A stretch of DNA of 64,000 bases from a virus, in IMG/VR virus record IMGVR_UViG_3300042905_004067, one strand, 5' to 3'. The notes below the pieces were generated by a model that worked only from the letters and a program-made list of their open reading frames with translations, was not told the origin of the DNA and ran no database searches. Below, in pieces: positions 17,039 through 28,000 of this stretch (the stretch's first letter is position 1; the number at the start of each line of letters is the position of its first letter). The translations under genes were made by a program, and so were the position numbers.

Positions 17039-18447
17039 TAAAACTTCCAGTCTCCGGTTTTTGTAGTTTTCATTTTAGAAAACTTATCTCTAAGATCATA
17101 ACCATTTCCTGCTTCTTGTTCGTCTGTTGTGTTTGCAGAAACAAGAGTTGGTTGATTAAGCGTTGGAACATCGGAAAGTTTCATTTTAGCACGATTTAAT
17201 CCGACAACAAACTTTCGGTTGGACATTGCATTGTTGTACCGATTTTTTAGTTGTTTTACCATAATTTGATTTGCTTCTTCAAGTTCTTCAGTAGAAATCA
17301 AAGCAATCATAAAATCGCTTGTTGCAGGCAACCCAAACGACTCTGATGTGTTTTCTAAACCAACATCTGTATTAGAGAATCCCTCTCTGTTTGTTTGAGT
17401 TGCAGTCCAAATTGGCAAATCGTATTCAACGGCCAATGCTCTCAGTTCTTCAGCAATTGCCTTGATGAGAGTATAAGAATTAATTGCACCTGTGTTTCTC
17501 ATTCTAGATGAAGAACAAATATTCAAATAATCAATAAAAACTATATCAGGTTTAAATCCCTTTTTAATTTTTAGTTCTTCAATCAATGCTCTAAAATGAA
17601 CAGCACTTGCACTTGATGTCGGATATTCTTTAATGATTAGTTTTGATGTAATATTTCCACAAACATTATCAATCTTTTTCTTATACACAGAGTGCGGCAT
17701 ATCTTTGAGATCGTCCATAGTTACATCAAGAAGATTTGCATCAATTCTCTCCGCAATCCTTTCTTCAGACATTTCACAGGTGATGTACAGCACATTCAAA
17801 TTTTGAACTAAACAATTTGCTGCGTGGTGACATAAAAATAATGATTTACCAACACCAGTTCCAGCCATAACAACATTCAATGTTTTAGTTGGAGTACCAC
17901 CAGAGGTAATTGTGTTTAAGTACTCAATATCAAATGCAATTTTCTTTTCTTTTAGATGATAAAATTCAAATCGTTTATCGGCATCTTCTGCGTAATCGTG
18001 TCCGATATGAGCATCAAAAGAAACAGACAATGCTTTGCTTAAAAGATCAGGAATTGCAGTTTTTGTTCTATTCTTATCTTTTCCATCAATAATTTGGATA
18101 GATTCCATGATAGAGTTGTAAATTGCTTTATCTTTGCAGAAATTTTCTGTTTCATTTACAACCCACTCTGTGTTTACAACTTCACTAAAATCAAACTTTT
18201 GTACAATCTCTGTACAATCTGCAAAATCTTTTTCTGATAGATTTTTTAATTTTTCCAAAGATATAACCACCGCTTCCTTGGATGGAATGGTGTTATATTT
18301 GGTAAAAAATTCTTGAATGTTTTCAAAGATCAATCTTTCTGATTGATCATGGAAATACTCACTCTTGAGGAATGGGATCACCTTGCGACAATAATCTTCG
18401 CTCGTCATCAGGGTTCGTAAAATTGTCTGCTCTATCCTCTGATTCAT
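17038..18447 (-). CDS. gp41: T4-like replicative DNA helicase (gp41)
   Basis: Walker A AGTGVGKS, EMSEE, IDYLNIC, TATQTNR, SESFGLPAT. Confidence 0.95.
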   Translation of the reverse strand: MNQRIEQTILRTLMTSEDYCRKVIPFLKSEYFHDQSERLIFENIQEFFTKYNTIPSKEAVVISLEKLKNLSEKDFADCTEIVQKFDFSEVVNTEWVVNETENFCKDKAIYNSIMESIQIIDGKDKNRTKTAIPDLLSKALSVSFDAHIGHDYAEDADKRFEFYHLKEKKIAFDIEYLNTITSGGTPTKTLNVVMAGTGVGKSLFLCHHAANCLVQNLNVLYITCEMSEERIAERIDANLLDVTMDDLKDMPHSVYKKKIDNVCGNITSKLIIKEYPTSSASAVHFRALIEELKIKKGFKPDIVFIDYLNICSSSRMRNTGAINSYTLIKAIAEELRALAVEYDLPIWTATQTNREGFSNTDVGLENTSESFGLPATSDFMIALISTEELEEANQIMVKQLKNRYNNAMSNRKFVVGLNRAKMKLSDVPTLNQPTLVSANTTDEQEAGNGYDLRDKFSKMKTTKTGDWKF

Positions 18448-18721
18448 TTTCGGTTTCCTCTATCCATTTTTCTAGCAAGTCAATTACTACATCTCCTGCT
18501 AGTTTAAAAAACTCATCATCAAGTATAACGTTATTTGGATTTTTTACAATAATTGGATTAAAAATTAATTTGGCGTGTTTTTTGTCTTCTGTTTCCTCAA
18601 CACCAATTTTTTCGTAAGTATATTCGACGCCTTCAAAGTTACCACTTTTAATCCGAATAACAACAAACCCATTATGAGTTTCTTCCGTTGCTTCATAAAT
18701 TTTAACTATCGAGTTTTCCAT
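18359..18721 (-). CDS. Small protein at the syntenic position of T4 gp40 (head vertex assembly chaperone-like)
   Basis: Lies between uvsX and gp41. Probable start ATG 18721; the C-terminal tail overlaps the gp41 start. Confidence 0.5.
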   Translation of the reverse strand: MENSIVKIYEATEETHNGFVVIRIKSGNFEGVEYTYEKIGVEETEDKKHAKLIFNPIIVKNPNNVILDDEFFKLAGDVVIDLLEKWIEETENESEDRADNFTNPDDERRLLSQGDPIPQE

Positions 18722-19712
18722 ATCTAAACTCCTTTTGAATGCGTTCATCAAGTTGCTTCAAAATGTCATCCGTAAAATATTTTTCAGGCTCTTCATTGAT
18801 GTTCTTCATGAATACCTTTGAACCATCCGGCAATTCAATACGAGTAGAAACACTCTTAAAGATTCCATATTCGACAGCAAGATCTGCCAATCCATGATAA
18901 CGATTTAGACCTGTTTCATAATTCAAACGAGTCTCAACTTCCATATTTTCTTTTGCAAAACGATTCTTGTAGTTTTTGCAAGTAATAAAATTGCCAATTA
19001 CTCCGTCATCAGTTTTATCTTTCTTTTTGCTTAGGAATAAAATCGTACTTGCTGCATACTTAACACCGCTACCACCAGAAAGATCTTTCGTTGGTACATA
19101 GGCACCAACCACTTGATAAGTGTGATTTGTGATAAGCAAAGGAATTTCTGCCTTTCCAAGTTTGGCAGTAAGAACACGGAAAGCACCTTTCACCAATTGC
19201 GCTTTAGTCATATCTCTTACATTTTTTCCCTCTGCGGTGTCATTCATCTCCTTTTCTGTAGAAAGCATCCCAAGCGAATCTAGCACCATTAGAATGGGTT
19301 TACGCTTGTCCTTCTCCTCTTCCAAATAAGCATTGACGATCTTCAACGCCTGGGTTTTGAACTCCTCAATCGTCAATACTGGCACAATGGCTAAACGAGA
19401 AGAATCAATTCCACGCCCTTCAACCATATCATTATTAATAGCATTTTCTGTGTCAAAATAAAGAACCATTGAATCTGGGTTTGAATCCAAAAAGTTTTTG
19501 CAAATGCCAAGTGCAAAAAATGTCTTTCCAGTTGCTTGTTCACCAGCCAAACAAGTAATACGATTATTTGGTAGCCCTCCGTGAATACTACCACTCAAAA
19601 GAGCGTTGAGTGCATAAGAGCCAGTATCAATAAAGATAGTGGTATCTTCACTCTCTGCTGCTACAAATGCGTCTTCGTTTCCAGTTGCTTTCAACAATGA
19701 TTTAATGTTCAT
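18702..19712 (-). CDS. uvsX: RecA-like recombinase UvsX
   Basis: DTGSYALNALLSG, AGEQATGKT, LDSLGML, NHTY, GGSGVKYAAS. Confidence 0.93.
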   Translation of the reverse strand: MNIKSLLKATGNEDAFVAAESEDTTIFIDTGSYALNALLSGSIHGGLPNNRITCLAGEQATGKTFFALGICKNFLDSNPDSMVLYFDTENAINNDMVEGRGIDSSRLAIVPVLTIEEFKTQALKIVNAYLEEEKDKRKPILMVLDSLGMLSTEKEMNDTAEGKNVRDMTKAQLVKGAFRVLTAKLGKAEIPLLITNHTYQVVGAYVPTKDLSGGSGVKYAASTILFLSKKKDKTDDGVIGNFITCKNYKNRFAKENMEVETRLNYETGLNRYHGLADLAVEYGIFKSVSTRIELPDGSKVFMKNINEEPEKYFTDDILKQLDERIQKEFRYGKLDS

Positions 19713-22261
19713 ATAAAATAATCCTCAAGGGTGTTTTGTTTTTCTACAGACCAACCAATCACTTCAAGAATGTTCTTGAGTGGATCTAAAAATGTCTTTT
19801 CAAACTGCATATCATAGTCAATGTATCTATTCAGTTCAAGTTCAATTGGAAGAGAATTTAAGAAAGTAATTACCTGATCTTTTCCGCTTGGACCACATAC
19901 TGGATTTGGCGCCTTTAGGTATACAAATTTAATTTTGTCACCATCTGTAATAAGTCTATATTTCTTCTCAAGTTTTAACTTGCGAATATGATGATTATGA
20001 AGTAATGCTCCTTTTACGGCAATTGGAGTAGACTTACGATAAATTGTAGTAGGATCGTGATAATCTTTCATACCATTGACACTGCGAGGAAATGCTACAT
20101 CTTCTGCTGGCAGAGTTACAAATGTTTTTTTGAACTCAGAGACAAAATCAATCAACTTTTCCTGATCACCATCCATGATAATATCAATTGCTTTTTTAAG
20201 TTTATCACGAACTACTTGTGGAGTAGAACTGCGTGTTGTTTCTATTCCCTTAATTTTTAGTTTTACAGACTTATAGCGAACTCCCTCACTATCCCACACA
20301 TTCAGCATGTAGCGTTTCTTTGCTGTCCATATTCCCTTGCTAGCAATAACCTCACGCTTCATGTGCATGAAGTTTGCTGTGCAATTCATTAATTGAGCCA
20401 ATTCTGAATATTTCTGTTCAATAAATGGTTCAATTACTTTATTGACAGACTTATCAAGAAATCCCACAATTTTATCAGTATCTTTTTCATCTCCTAGTAC
20501 TTTCTTTACAAGAGAATCCAAACAAATGTAGATTGAGTCCGTGTCACTCGCAATAATGTAATCAGTATCAACTGATTTAAGAGTCTCATTAAGATATTTA
20601 TTAAGTGCTCGTTCAATCCAACGAATATTCAATTGACCAGAAACAGTAACGGCTTCGGCCAAGTCTGTGTCATAGTATCTAAAATATTCATTTCCAACAG
20701 CACCATAAGCAGAATTCAATTGAATCTTACGAACCAGTTGAAAATTGTGGTATTTAGAAATGTCATACTCTAATTTTTTGCGTTCTTCCGAATTTGTACA
20801 ACTTTCTAATTTCTTTTCCGCATCCAACATTAAAGTTTTATAATGTTTTCTCTCTTTGTACATTTTTTCCATGAGGTAGGGGAAAACCCCTTGTTTATTT
20901 TTTACAAATCGAACCCCATTTGCTGCAACAACACAATTTGTTTCTTTACATTCCTTGAAAATTTCCAAAGGATCAAAGAAAGTTTTAATTGGTTTTCCGT
21001 CTTCTCTGTCAAATATTGAATCTGGGGACAAATCACCGGCTTTACCAAAATCAAGTTTGGTTTCTGGTGAAATGTTGTATTGCATTATTAAATGCGGATA
21101 TAGACTGTTCAAATCCAAAGACACAACCCAATCATACAGACCTGGTTTTGGTTCTTTTACATAAGCACCAGCGTACTGTCTATCTTTGTTATTGCGTTTC
21201 TTTGGTGGAACAACGATACCTTTTGAATGCAATTCATGAAAAACGATTGCGTCCCAAGTCCGAACTTGACTAAAAATATCCATCAAATTTACTTTGGCTG
21301 AATATGCCAGCGCAACCGCAAGTTCCATGAGTCGCAACTTCTCCTCTAATTTTTTAATTAGAGTAACATCGTGAACATTGTATTCAATGAACTTTTGAAA
21401 ATCCTTTTTGTAAAATTCATGAATACTTTCATACTCCGAATATGAAAGTTTTCCCTCACCCAACTCAATGTTAGCAATGTTGTCTAGACGATACGATTCT
21501 TGGTTAGTATATGTAAATGTAAGATACAATTCATAATAATCTAGAGTAGCAATTCCTGCAAGATCGTAAACATTATGATCTTTGTTCTTACGATTTACTA
21601 TTTTTTGATTTACAATATTCCAAAAAGAAAGACGTTTTGCTTCCTTTTCTCCCAACACTGTCGATATGCGAGAAAAAAGATATGGAATATCGAAAAACCG
21701 AACGTTCCAACCAGTGACAATATCAGGTGCAAGAGATTGCCAAAAGTTAAGAAAGTCCGTGAGCATCTGTCCCTCATCATCATAACATTTAACATGATGA
21801 TCTGGTAAGACACCCTTAAACGAATTTAATCCAAAAGTAAAATACTTTTCATCACAATAAATTGTGATTGCGTTCACCCGCTCCACTGGATTTTCACTGT
21901 TTGGAAATCCAGACTCGCATTCAGTCTCAATATCAATAATTGCTACTCTTAGTTTAGAATAATCATAGTCAATCACACCGGGATATCGTTCTGCCAAAAA
22001 CGGATAAACAAAATCCATGTTTCCATAGATTTCAAAATTTGACACATCCTCATACTCTTTTGAAAAGTTTCTTGCTTCTGACATAGAATCAAATTCCATC
22101 TCAGAAACAGGAATTCCCGTTAGAGTTGTGTGTGTTGAATTTTTGCCCTTGATGTAAAGTTTAGGACGATAAGAAACTTTTTCAGAGTTTCTTTTTCCAT
22201 TGATCACTTCACGGACAAGAACAGAATTTCCGTAGACAAATGCGTTTGTATAAAAATTCAT
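19709..22261 (-). CDS. gp43: Family B DNA polymerase (gp43)
   Basis: Exonuclease DIET, GWNVRFFD, YNVHDV; polymerase DLNSLYPH, KIQLNSAYG, SDTDS. Confidence 0.96.
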   Translation of the reverse strand: MNFYTNAFVYGNSVLVREVINGKRNSEKVSYRPKLYIKGKNSTHTTLTGIPVSEMEFDSMSEARNFSKEYEDVSNFEIYGNMDFVYPFLAERYPGVIDYDYSKLRVAIIDIETECESGFPNSENPVERVNAITIYCDEKYFTFGLNSFKGVLPDHHVKCYDDEGQMLTDFLNFWQSLAPDIVTGWNVRFFDIPYLFSRISTVLGEKEAKRLSFWNIVNQKIVNRKNKDHNVYDLAGIATLDYYELYLTFTYTNQESYRLDNIANIELGEGKLSYSEYESIHEFYKKDFQKFIEYNVHDVTLIKKLEEKLRLMELAVALAYSAKVNLMDIFSQVRTWDAIVFHELHSKGIVVPPKKRNNKDRQYAGAYVKEPKPGLYDWVVSLDLNSLYPHLIMQYNISPETKLDFGKAGDLSPDSIFDREDGKPIKTFFDPLEIFKECKETNCVVAANGVRFVKNKQGVFPYLMEKMYKERKHYKTLMLDAEKKLESCTNSEERKKLEYDISKYHNFQLVRKIQLNSAYGAVGNEYFRYYDTDLAEAVTVSGQLNIRWIERALNKYLNETLKSVDTDYIIASDTDSIYICLDSLVKKVLGDEKDTDKIVGFLDKSVNKVIEPFIEQKYSELAQLMNCTANFMHMKREVIASKGIWTAKKRYMLNVWDSEGVRYKSVKLKIKGIETTRSSTPQVVRDKLKKAIDIIMDGDQEKLIDFVSEFKKTFVTLPAEDVAFPRSVNGMKDYHDPTTIYRKSTPIAVKGALLHNHHIRKLKLEKKYRLITDGDKIKFVYLKAPNPVCGPSGKDQVITFLNSLPIELELNRYIDYDMQFEKTFLDPLKNILEVIGWSVEKQNTLEDYFI

Positions 22262-22575
22262 TCAGACTTTGATTTTACATATGCTGAGAACAAAACGCAA
22301 TAATTAATTATATCAAGAATGGCATCATTATAGCCTTCATTGTCAACAACTAATTTTCCATCTTTTGCAAATGTACTTAGCCTAGAAACTTTATCAACAA
22401 TTCTCACCAAAAAACCTTGTTCAGTAGAACAAATTCCCATTGCTTCACATCTTTCAAAATTTGCAAATGGAGTTTTGCCACTATTTCCTGCATAGTCATG
22501 GTTTTTCTTCACCATAATTGACAAAGCAGTTTTACACAACTCTTCGTGGTGATAAAAAAGATCTTCACGCTTCAT
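22258..22575 (-). CDS. Nucleotide-modification-associated domain protein (DUF1599/NMAD1-like)
   Basis: KKNHDYAG...PFANF, RIVDKVSRL, DAILDIINY. ATG 22575 overlaps the dUTPase stop. Confidence 0.7.
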   Translation of the reverse strand: MKREDLFYHHEELCKTALSIMVKKNHDYAGNSGKTPFANFERCEAMGICSTEQGFLVRIVDKVSRLSTFAKDGKLVVDNEGYNDAILDIINYCVLFSAYVKSKSE

Positions 22576-23006
22576 GTAGATACTCCTGTAGAGCCAAACC
22601 CACCAATACGGTCGGTTTTCTTTGTAGGAGCAGTATAGCATTCTTCTATGGTATAGTCAAGAGTTTTTACTAATTCTCCTTGAGCAATACGATCACCATG
22701 ATGTACAAAAAAATCAATATCGGATGTATTATAAAGGAGAACTTTAAGTTCATCTGTGTAATCAGAATCTATAACTCCTTCGGCGTTTAATAGAGTAACT
22801 CCTTTCTTAAACGCCAATCCTGATCGGGGATGAATACGAATTGAATACCCTTTTGGGATGTCAAAAATCAATCCGGTTTCAACTAGCACAGAATGATGCG
22901 CTGGAATTACCCAATTATTAAAGGCCGAAATATCAAAACACGCGGATTGTTCTGTTGCAAATTTAGGGAGAATTGTTGTTTCATGAATTTTGTATATTTT
23001 GAGCAT
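22572..23006 (-). CDS. dut: Trimeric dUTPase
   Basis: SACFDI, PRSGLA, GVIDSDY, GDRIAQ, RIGGFGSTG. Confidence 0.93.
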   Translation of the reverse strand: MLKIYKIHETTILPKFATEQSACFDISAFNNWVIPAHHSVLVETGLIFDIPKGYSIRIHPRSGLAFKKGVTLLNAEGVIDSDYTDELKVLLYNTSDIDFFVHHGDRIAQGELVKTLDYTIEECYTAPTKKTDRIGGFGSTGVST

Positions 23007-23012
23007 ATGCAA

Positions 23013-23040
23013 ATTATACAAAAAATTATTTAAAAGTCAA
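23013..23040 (-). promoter_or_regulatory. Sigma70-like promoter, probably giving a leaderless dut mRNA
   Basis: TTGACT, 16 nt, TATAAT, 6 nt, ATG(23006); no SD. Confidence 0.65.
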
Positions 23041-23239
23041 CTTTATTTACTTCTTCAAATAAAGTAGAAACCAAATAAGGCATAATTCTTCCAGAACTTA
23101 AACTTTGAACTATGCATCTAGAATCATCTTGGGCTATGAGTCCTAAGTAAACAAACCTTTCGTTTGCTGGAAAATCAAACATTTTTGCTTCTTGGCACTC
23201 GGGGTCCGTAAATTTTACTATTGAAAGAAATCTGGGCAT
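23030..23239 (-). CDS. Small hypothetical protein
   Basis: 69-aa ORF with an AGGA SD, co-oriented with its neighbours. Confidence 0.6.
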   Translation of the reverse strand: MPRFLSIVKFTDPECQEAKMFDFPANERFVYLGLIAQDDSRCIVQSLSSGRIMPYLVSTLFEEVNKVDF

Positions 23240-23247
23240 GTTTTTCC

Positions 23248-24132
23248 TTAACTAAAAAGTAATATTTCTCTGGTTAATGGTCTTCTTATTCTTGAACCAA
23301 TATAGTCCATTACAAATGTGGGATTCAATCCATCATCATTTATTCCATTTCCTATGCTGCTGTTTATCCAAGACGGCTTCATATAATCGGTTATTGCTGA
23401 TGGATAGTGTGTATTAGAAGATGGCGATGCAGTACCGGACGCAATTATTCCATCGGTTTTATTAACAACCTTATATGTTGTAGTAAAATTACCTGAAGAA
23501 TCTACTTCTATTCCCAAATAAAGTTGATATATTTTATCTGAAGATACTGTTATTCCTGTATCAAAAGTGCTTGAGTTGCCATCTTTTATCCAACTTATAT
23601 TCCAAGTGGTATCCAATGGAGTATCATTTACATAATATCCATCCAGCGGATCGAAAATTCCATTGACCCAAAACTGAAAAAAAACTCCGTCAGTGGGATT
23701 TGTTGCGGTATTCATAAATCCAAATCTAACATAGCCATATGATTCTTCTGGAGTGTATATATTTTGAAAAAGAAAAGATGTTTCGCATTCATATTTTGTA
23801 ATTAACCCAGATGAAGGAGCAGTTAATCCTGGTACTGATGCGGAATTCAATTCTAAAACCGCTAATCCTGAAGTAAGAGCAGTAGTAGCTATATTGATAA
23901 GCCCATGGCCTGCCGTTATTCCATAAGCGGTTGATTGAGCAGAACTTCTATTAATCGTGGTGCTTACAGTCGTGAAAGAAAACGGAGAACCGTCTGTTCC
24001 CGGCCCCACGCTTGTCGGGCTCGCCTGTTGAACAAAATCGCAAAAATAAATTGCATCTAACTGATTTGGATTTTCATTTTGATTATTGTTGAACAAAACA
24101 TAATCGTTTACACTTTGCGCTGAATATGCCAT
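23248..24132 (-). CDS. Ser/Thr-rich beta-sandwich-like virion protein, paralogue of 24135-24995
   Basis: Start MAYSAQSVNDY; shares RFGF...DGVFF, DTTWNI, SGTASPS, DY.G.RIRR with the neighbour. Confidence 0.65.
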   Translation of the reverse strand: MAYSAQSVNDYVLFNNNQNENPNQLDAIYFCDFVQQASPTSVGPGTDGSPFSFTTVSTTINRSSAQSTAYGITAGHGLINIATTALTSGLAVLELNSASVPGLTAPSSGLITKYECETSFLFQNIYTPEESYGYVRFGFMNTATNPTDGVFFQFWVNGIFDPLDGYYVNDTPLDTTWNISWIKDGNSSTFDTGITVSSDKIYQLYLGIEVDSSGNFTTTYKVVNKTDGIIASGTASPSSNTHYPSAITDYMKPSWINSSIGNGINDDGLNPTFVMDYIGSRIRRPLTREILLFS

Positions 24133-24134
24133 AA

Positions 24135-24995
24135 TTATGAATATAACAGAATTTCTCTGTTTAACTCCCTTCTTATTCTGCAACCCATGTAATCCACAAA
24201 AATTAATCTTGCTGTTGTAGAAGTAGTTGTAATTTTTGAATTTGTGAGCACTAATCCCATGAAATCAGCAGTGCCTGTTGGATAATGAGAACTAAGAGAA
24301 GGTGATGCAGTTCCCGATGCACCGCTTGAATCCGTTACATTCCGTACATTGTAAGTTGTTGTTAAAGTTCCTGATGAATTTACTTCAATGCATAAATAAA
24401 GTCTATAAGTTTTACTTGCTGATACTGTTACTGTTGTGTCTGCTCTTGATTGAACGTTATCTTTTCTAAAAACTATATTCCATGTAGTGTCGGTTGTTGT
24501 GCCATCACACAAAAATTCAAAATACACTCCATCTGCTGGAGTTGTCGATGCTGCATTTGCAAATCCAAATCTGTAAAATCCTCTGTTTGTGGTGGGCGAA
24601 TTTCCGTGTATTGTAGAATCGGTTCTTAATAATACTTCTGCCTCATATTTTGAAATTTTACCTGAACTTGGTGTTTGAAATCCGGGTATGGTAAAAGTTG
24701 ATATTAATTGGGCAGCAAATCCAGTTGCATTGCTTGTAGTTCCGGTAGAAAGAGAAATGACACCCGAACAAGCAGTAATACCAAACGCCTCTATGTGCGC
24801 TTGAGTATTATTTGTTATTGCCCCACCGTTTCCCGTACTACTGTAAATAACACCACCTTGCGAGGGAACTGTGGCAGATGGCGTAGATCCTTGGTGAAAA
24901 TCACAAAAAATTATAGTATCTAATTGTGAAGAATTTTCGCTTTGTGCAACTGCCGGTAAAACATAATCATTAATGCTTTGCGAACTATATGCCAT
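24135..24995 (-). CDS. Ser/Thr-rich beta-sandwich-like virion protein, paralogue of 23248-24132
   Basis: Start MAYSSQSINDY; colinear similarity to the downstream gene. Confidence 0.65.
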   Translation of the reverse strand: MAYSSQSINDYVLPAVAQSENSSQLDTIIFCDFHQGSTPSATVPSQGGVIYSSTGNGGAITNNTQAHIEAFGITACSGVISLSTGTTSNATGFAAQLISTFTIPGFQTPSSGKISKYEAEVLLRTDSTIHGNSPTTNRGFYRFGFANAASTTPADGVYFEFLCDGTTTDTTWNIVFRKDNVQSRADTTVTVSASKTYRLYLCIEVNSSGTLTTTYNVRNVTDSSGASGTASPSLSSHYPTGTADFMGLVLTNSKITTTSTTARLIFVDYMGCRIRRELNREILLYS

Positions 24996-25004
24996 AATTA
25001 TTCC

Positions 25005-28000
25005 TTATACTACTACCCAGTTTGAATTATCGCTCAATAGATCAATTGCTTGAAATTGTTTTGAAAGACTATAGCCTGTTACTCCATCAATGGTTTGTGA
25101 TGACGTAGTGAGGACTGTGAGTATACCTATGTTTGAATTCTTTACAGTATATCTATTTGCATTGCTGACGGCTGTTGGTAGAGTAAGATTTATATTTCCT
25201 GAAGTATTTCCTATGTAAACGTAATCTACGTTTGAAGTTGCCCCAGCGGTGGTGGATGTTGTAATAACATTTATTGACCGCGAAAAACCTGCACCAGCAG
25301 CAATCGTCAAAGTCAATCCCGATGGAGTGATGGTTATATTTGATCCTGCTGCTAAGTTTACTGCACCAGTAATACCATTTATCGAGTTTACTACATTTCC
25401 TGTTATGTTACCACGAACAGAAAGTGTTGCCCCGGACGGAATTGTAGTCAGTGAAGATAGAGTTGCACCAGCCGCAGAGATTCCTGCACTCGCAGTCAAC
25501 AATCCGCCAACAGAAACTGTATTTGTGAATGAAGCGAAACCAAAATTTGCAATACTACTTCCGTTACCGTTCAGTTCTCCTGCCGCTGCTTCATACGAAA
25601 TATACGCCCCCGTGTCTATACCAAACGGGTCTCCAATGTTTATAAGACCATATGGATTTGAAATATCAAGAATGCTAGTTGCATCTCTTAAAAATAAGTA
25701 GGTACTATTGGCGGCTGCATCATAATCACCAATAGCAACTCTACTATTTGATGTGTTTGCAATATCTAATTGATTTTTTCCCCCTGCACTTTGAATCGTA
25801 GAAGCAATTAAAGTGTTTGCAGAATTTATCGTAACATTACTGTTGAAAGTTATTCCACCAGCCGCAGAGATTCCTGCATTGAATCTTGCAAGTGAACTGA
25901 ATGTTGCACCAGAAGCACTTAAACCACCACTTGAAGTCAACAATCCAGAAAAAGATGCTGTAGTTCCAACTATTGGTAAATTTGCAAAATTTGCCTGACT
26001 GTCTATTAATAAACTTGAAGTGGGAGCACTATAAAATTGAATTCCCGCTGCTGGGGCGCTTAATACAATGTCACCATTATCATCATTTACTACAAAGTAA
26101 GTACTTAGATTATTATTACTATAATCACCAATAAAAGATTGAGAACCACCAATATCATTAATATAAAGTGGATACGCAGGAAGTAAATCGGAACTTCTTA
26201 AATAATTGGTTGCGACCGAAGCAAAAGTGCTACCAGCAGCACTTATGCCATTTGTAAAACTTTGAACTGGTCCAAATGTATTTGAAGATCCCGTGGTTAC
26301 TCCTGTAACAGCACCTGTTAGTCCATTGAAACTCAAAACACCTGTGTTGCTAAAGGTCATGGTCTGACCAGACACGCTCAAACCGATTCCGCTTCCGTTG
26401 GTGATTCCCACGGCACCAGTAAGACCACGAACACTGTTTACGATATTTGGAGCACTTATATTACCACTAAATGTTGCACCAGCCGCAGAGATTCCTGCAT
26501 TGAATCTTGCAAGTGAACTGAATGTTGCACCAGCAGCACTAATACCACCGGGAAAGTTTGTAAGAGTATTAAATGTGTTTGTGCCAGTAAATGTTTGTGT
26601 TCCTGCAAGTCCTGCAAGAGTTGTTGTATAATTTGGAAGAGATACAGTTATCGTGCTTGCTGTTGCAATAGTTGGTTGAAGGTATACTTCTCCACTAGAA
26701 ATGTCATTATAAAAGTACAACCTGTTAAATTCTCCCTGAAATGATACTTCGTTTAAGGAAGACGAATCCACAATTGCCAGAGCAGCATTTGCTGTGCTTA
26801 TTGTTTGACTTGCGCTAAAAATATTATCTACATTTGTCCTAGCAACATTCGTAATCGCACCAGTACCACCATCAATACTCAAAACACCTGTGTTGCTAAA
26901 GGTCATGGTCTGACCAGAAACACTTAGACCGATTCCGCTTCCGTTGGTGATTCCAACAGCACCAGTAAGACCACGAACACTGTTAACACCAATAATAGCA
27001 CCAGTCAAGCCATTAAACGAACTTACGACATTCTTTGTAAGTGCAACAGTTCCAGTATCATCCGGAAGAGTTATTGTTTGATCGACTGTGCTTGATGCAG
27101 TTAGTCTTGTGGTGTTGTTGCTCGGAAATCCTAGTTGCAGAAGTTTAATTGAACCAGAATCAAAAATTACATCACCACCACCCGATCCTTGGATTGATGG
27201 AGTTCTGACAAATGATGCACTCAAGCCAGCATTAAATCTTGTCAAATTACCGAATGTGCCTCCCGCTGAACTGATACCATTTGTAAAACTTTGAAGTGGT
27301 TCAAATATATTTGCAACGCTTGTAGTAACACCAGTGACAGCACCAGTCAAGCCATTGAAACTCAAAACTCCTGTATTTGAAATTGTAATAGAACCAGTAG
27401 AACCAGAAACACTGATACCAGTTCCACCGAAAGCAGCAGAAACTCCCTGAACAGCACCAGTTCGACCATTAAAACTAGAAACAACCTGAATTGCACCAGT
27501 AGATCCATTTACGGAGCTTACAACATTTTTTGTGAGTGCTATTGTTCCTGAATCGTTTGGAAAAGTTAAAGTTCTATCTGCGGACAAATTTCCGGGAACA
27601 GTAAGTATTCCGTAGTGTATTCCTCCAAATAATTGGTTTTCTTCAAGGTACAAGGAAGATTTCCAATCTCCCATTGCTTGAACTCCACCGTCTTCATATT
27701 CACCTTTTCTAATATAAACATTTCCATTGAAAGGAATCAAATCAATAGAAGCAGTAGTTCCATCCTTTTCATTACTGTTAATAACAATTCTTGATGCGTA
27801 TCCTGTGGTTGCACCCTGAAGAACTAAACCAGGCACACCGTTCAACAAATTTACACTAGAACCAACAAAAGTAATGGGTCTTTTGTTTATTTCTAAAGTT
27901 CCATCGAGGGTTATTCCAGTTGCAGAAAGACCAGCGTTGAATGTTTGCAGTGCGGTAAATGTATTTGCAACGCTTGTAGTAACACCAGTGACAGCACCAG

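Noticed and set aside
12953-22261. Introns or inteins in nrdJ, gp41, uvsX or gp43
   Set aside because: ORFs are continuous, of ordinary length, and show no intein splice motifs.
25856-26984. Diversity-generating retroelement TR/VR pair
   Set aside because: No reverse transcriptase in the window; the repeats are in-frame coding modules whose differences are synonymous rather than adenine-specific.
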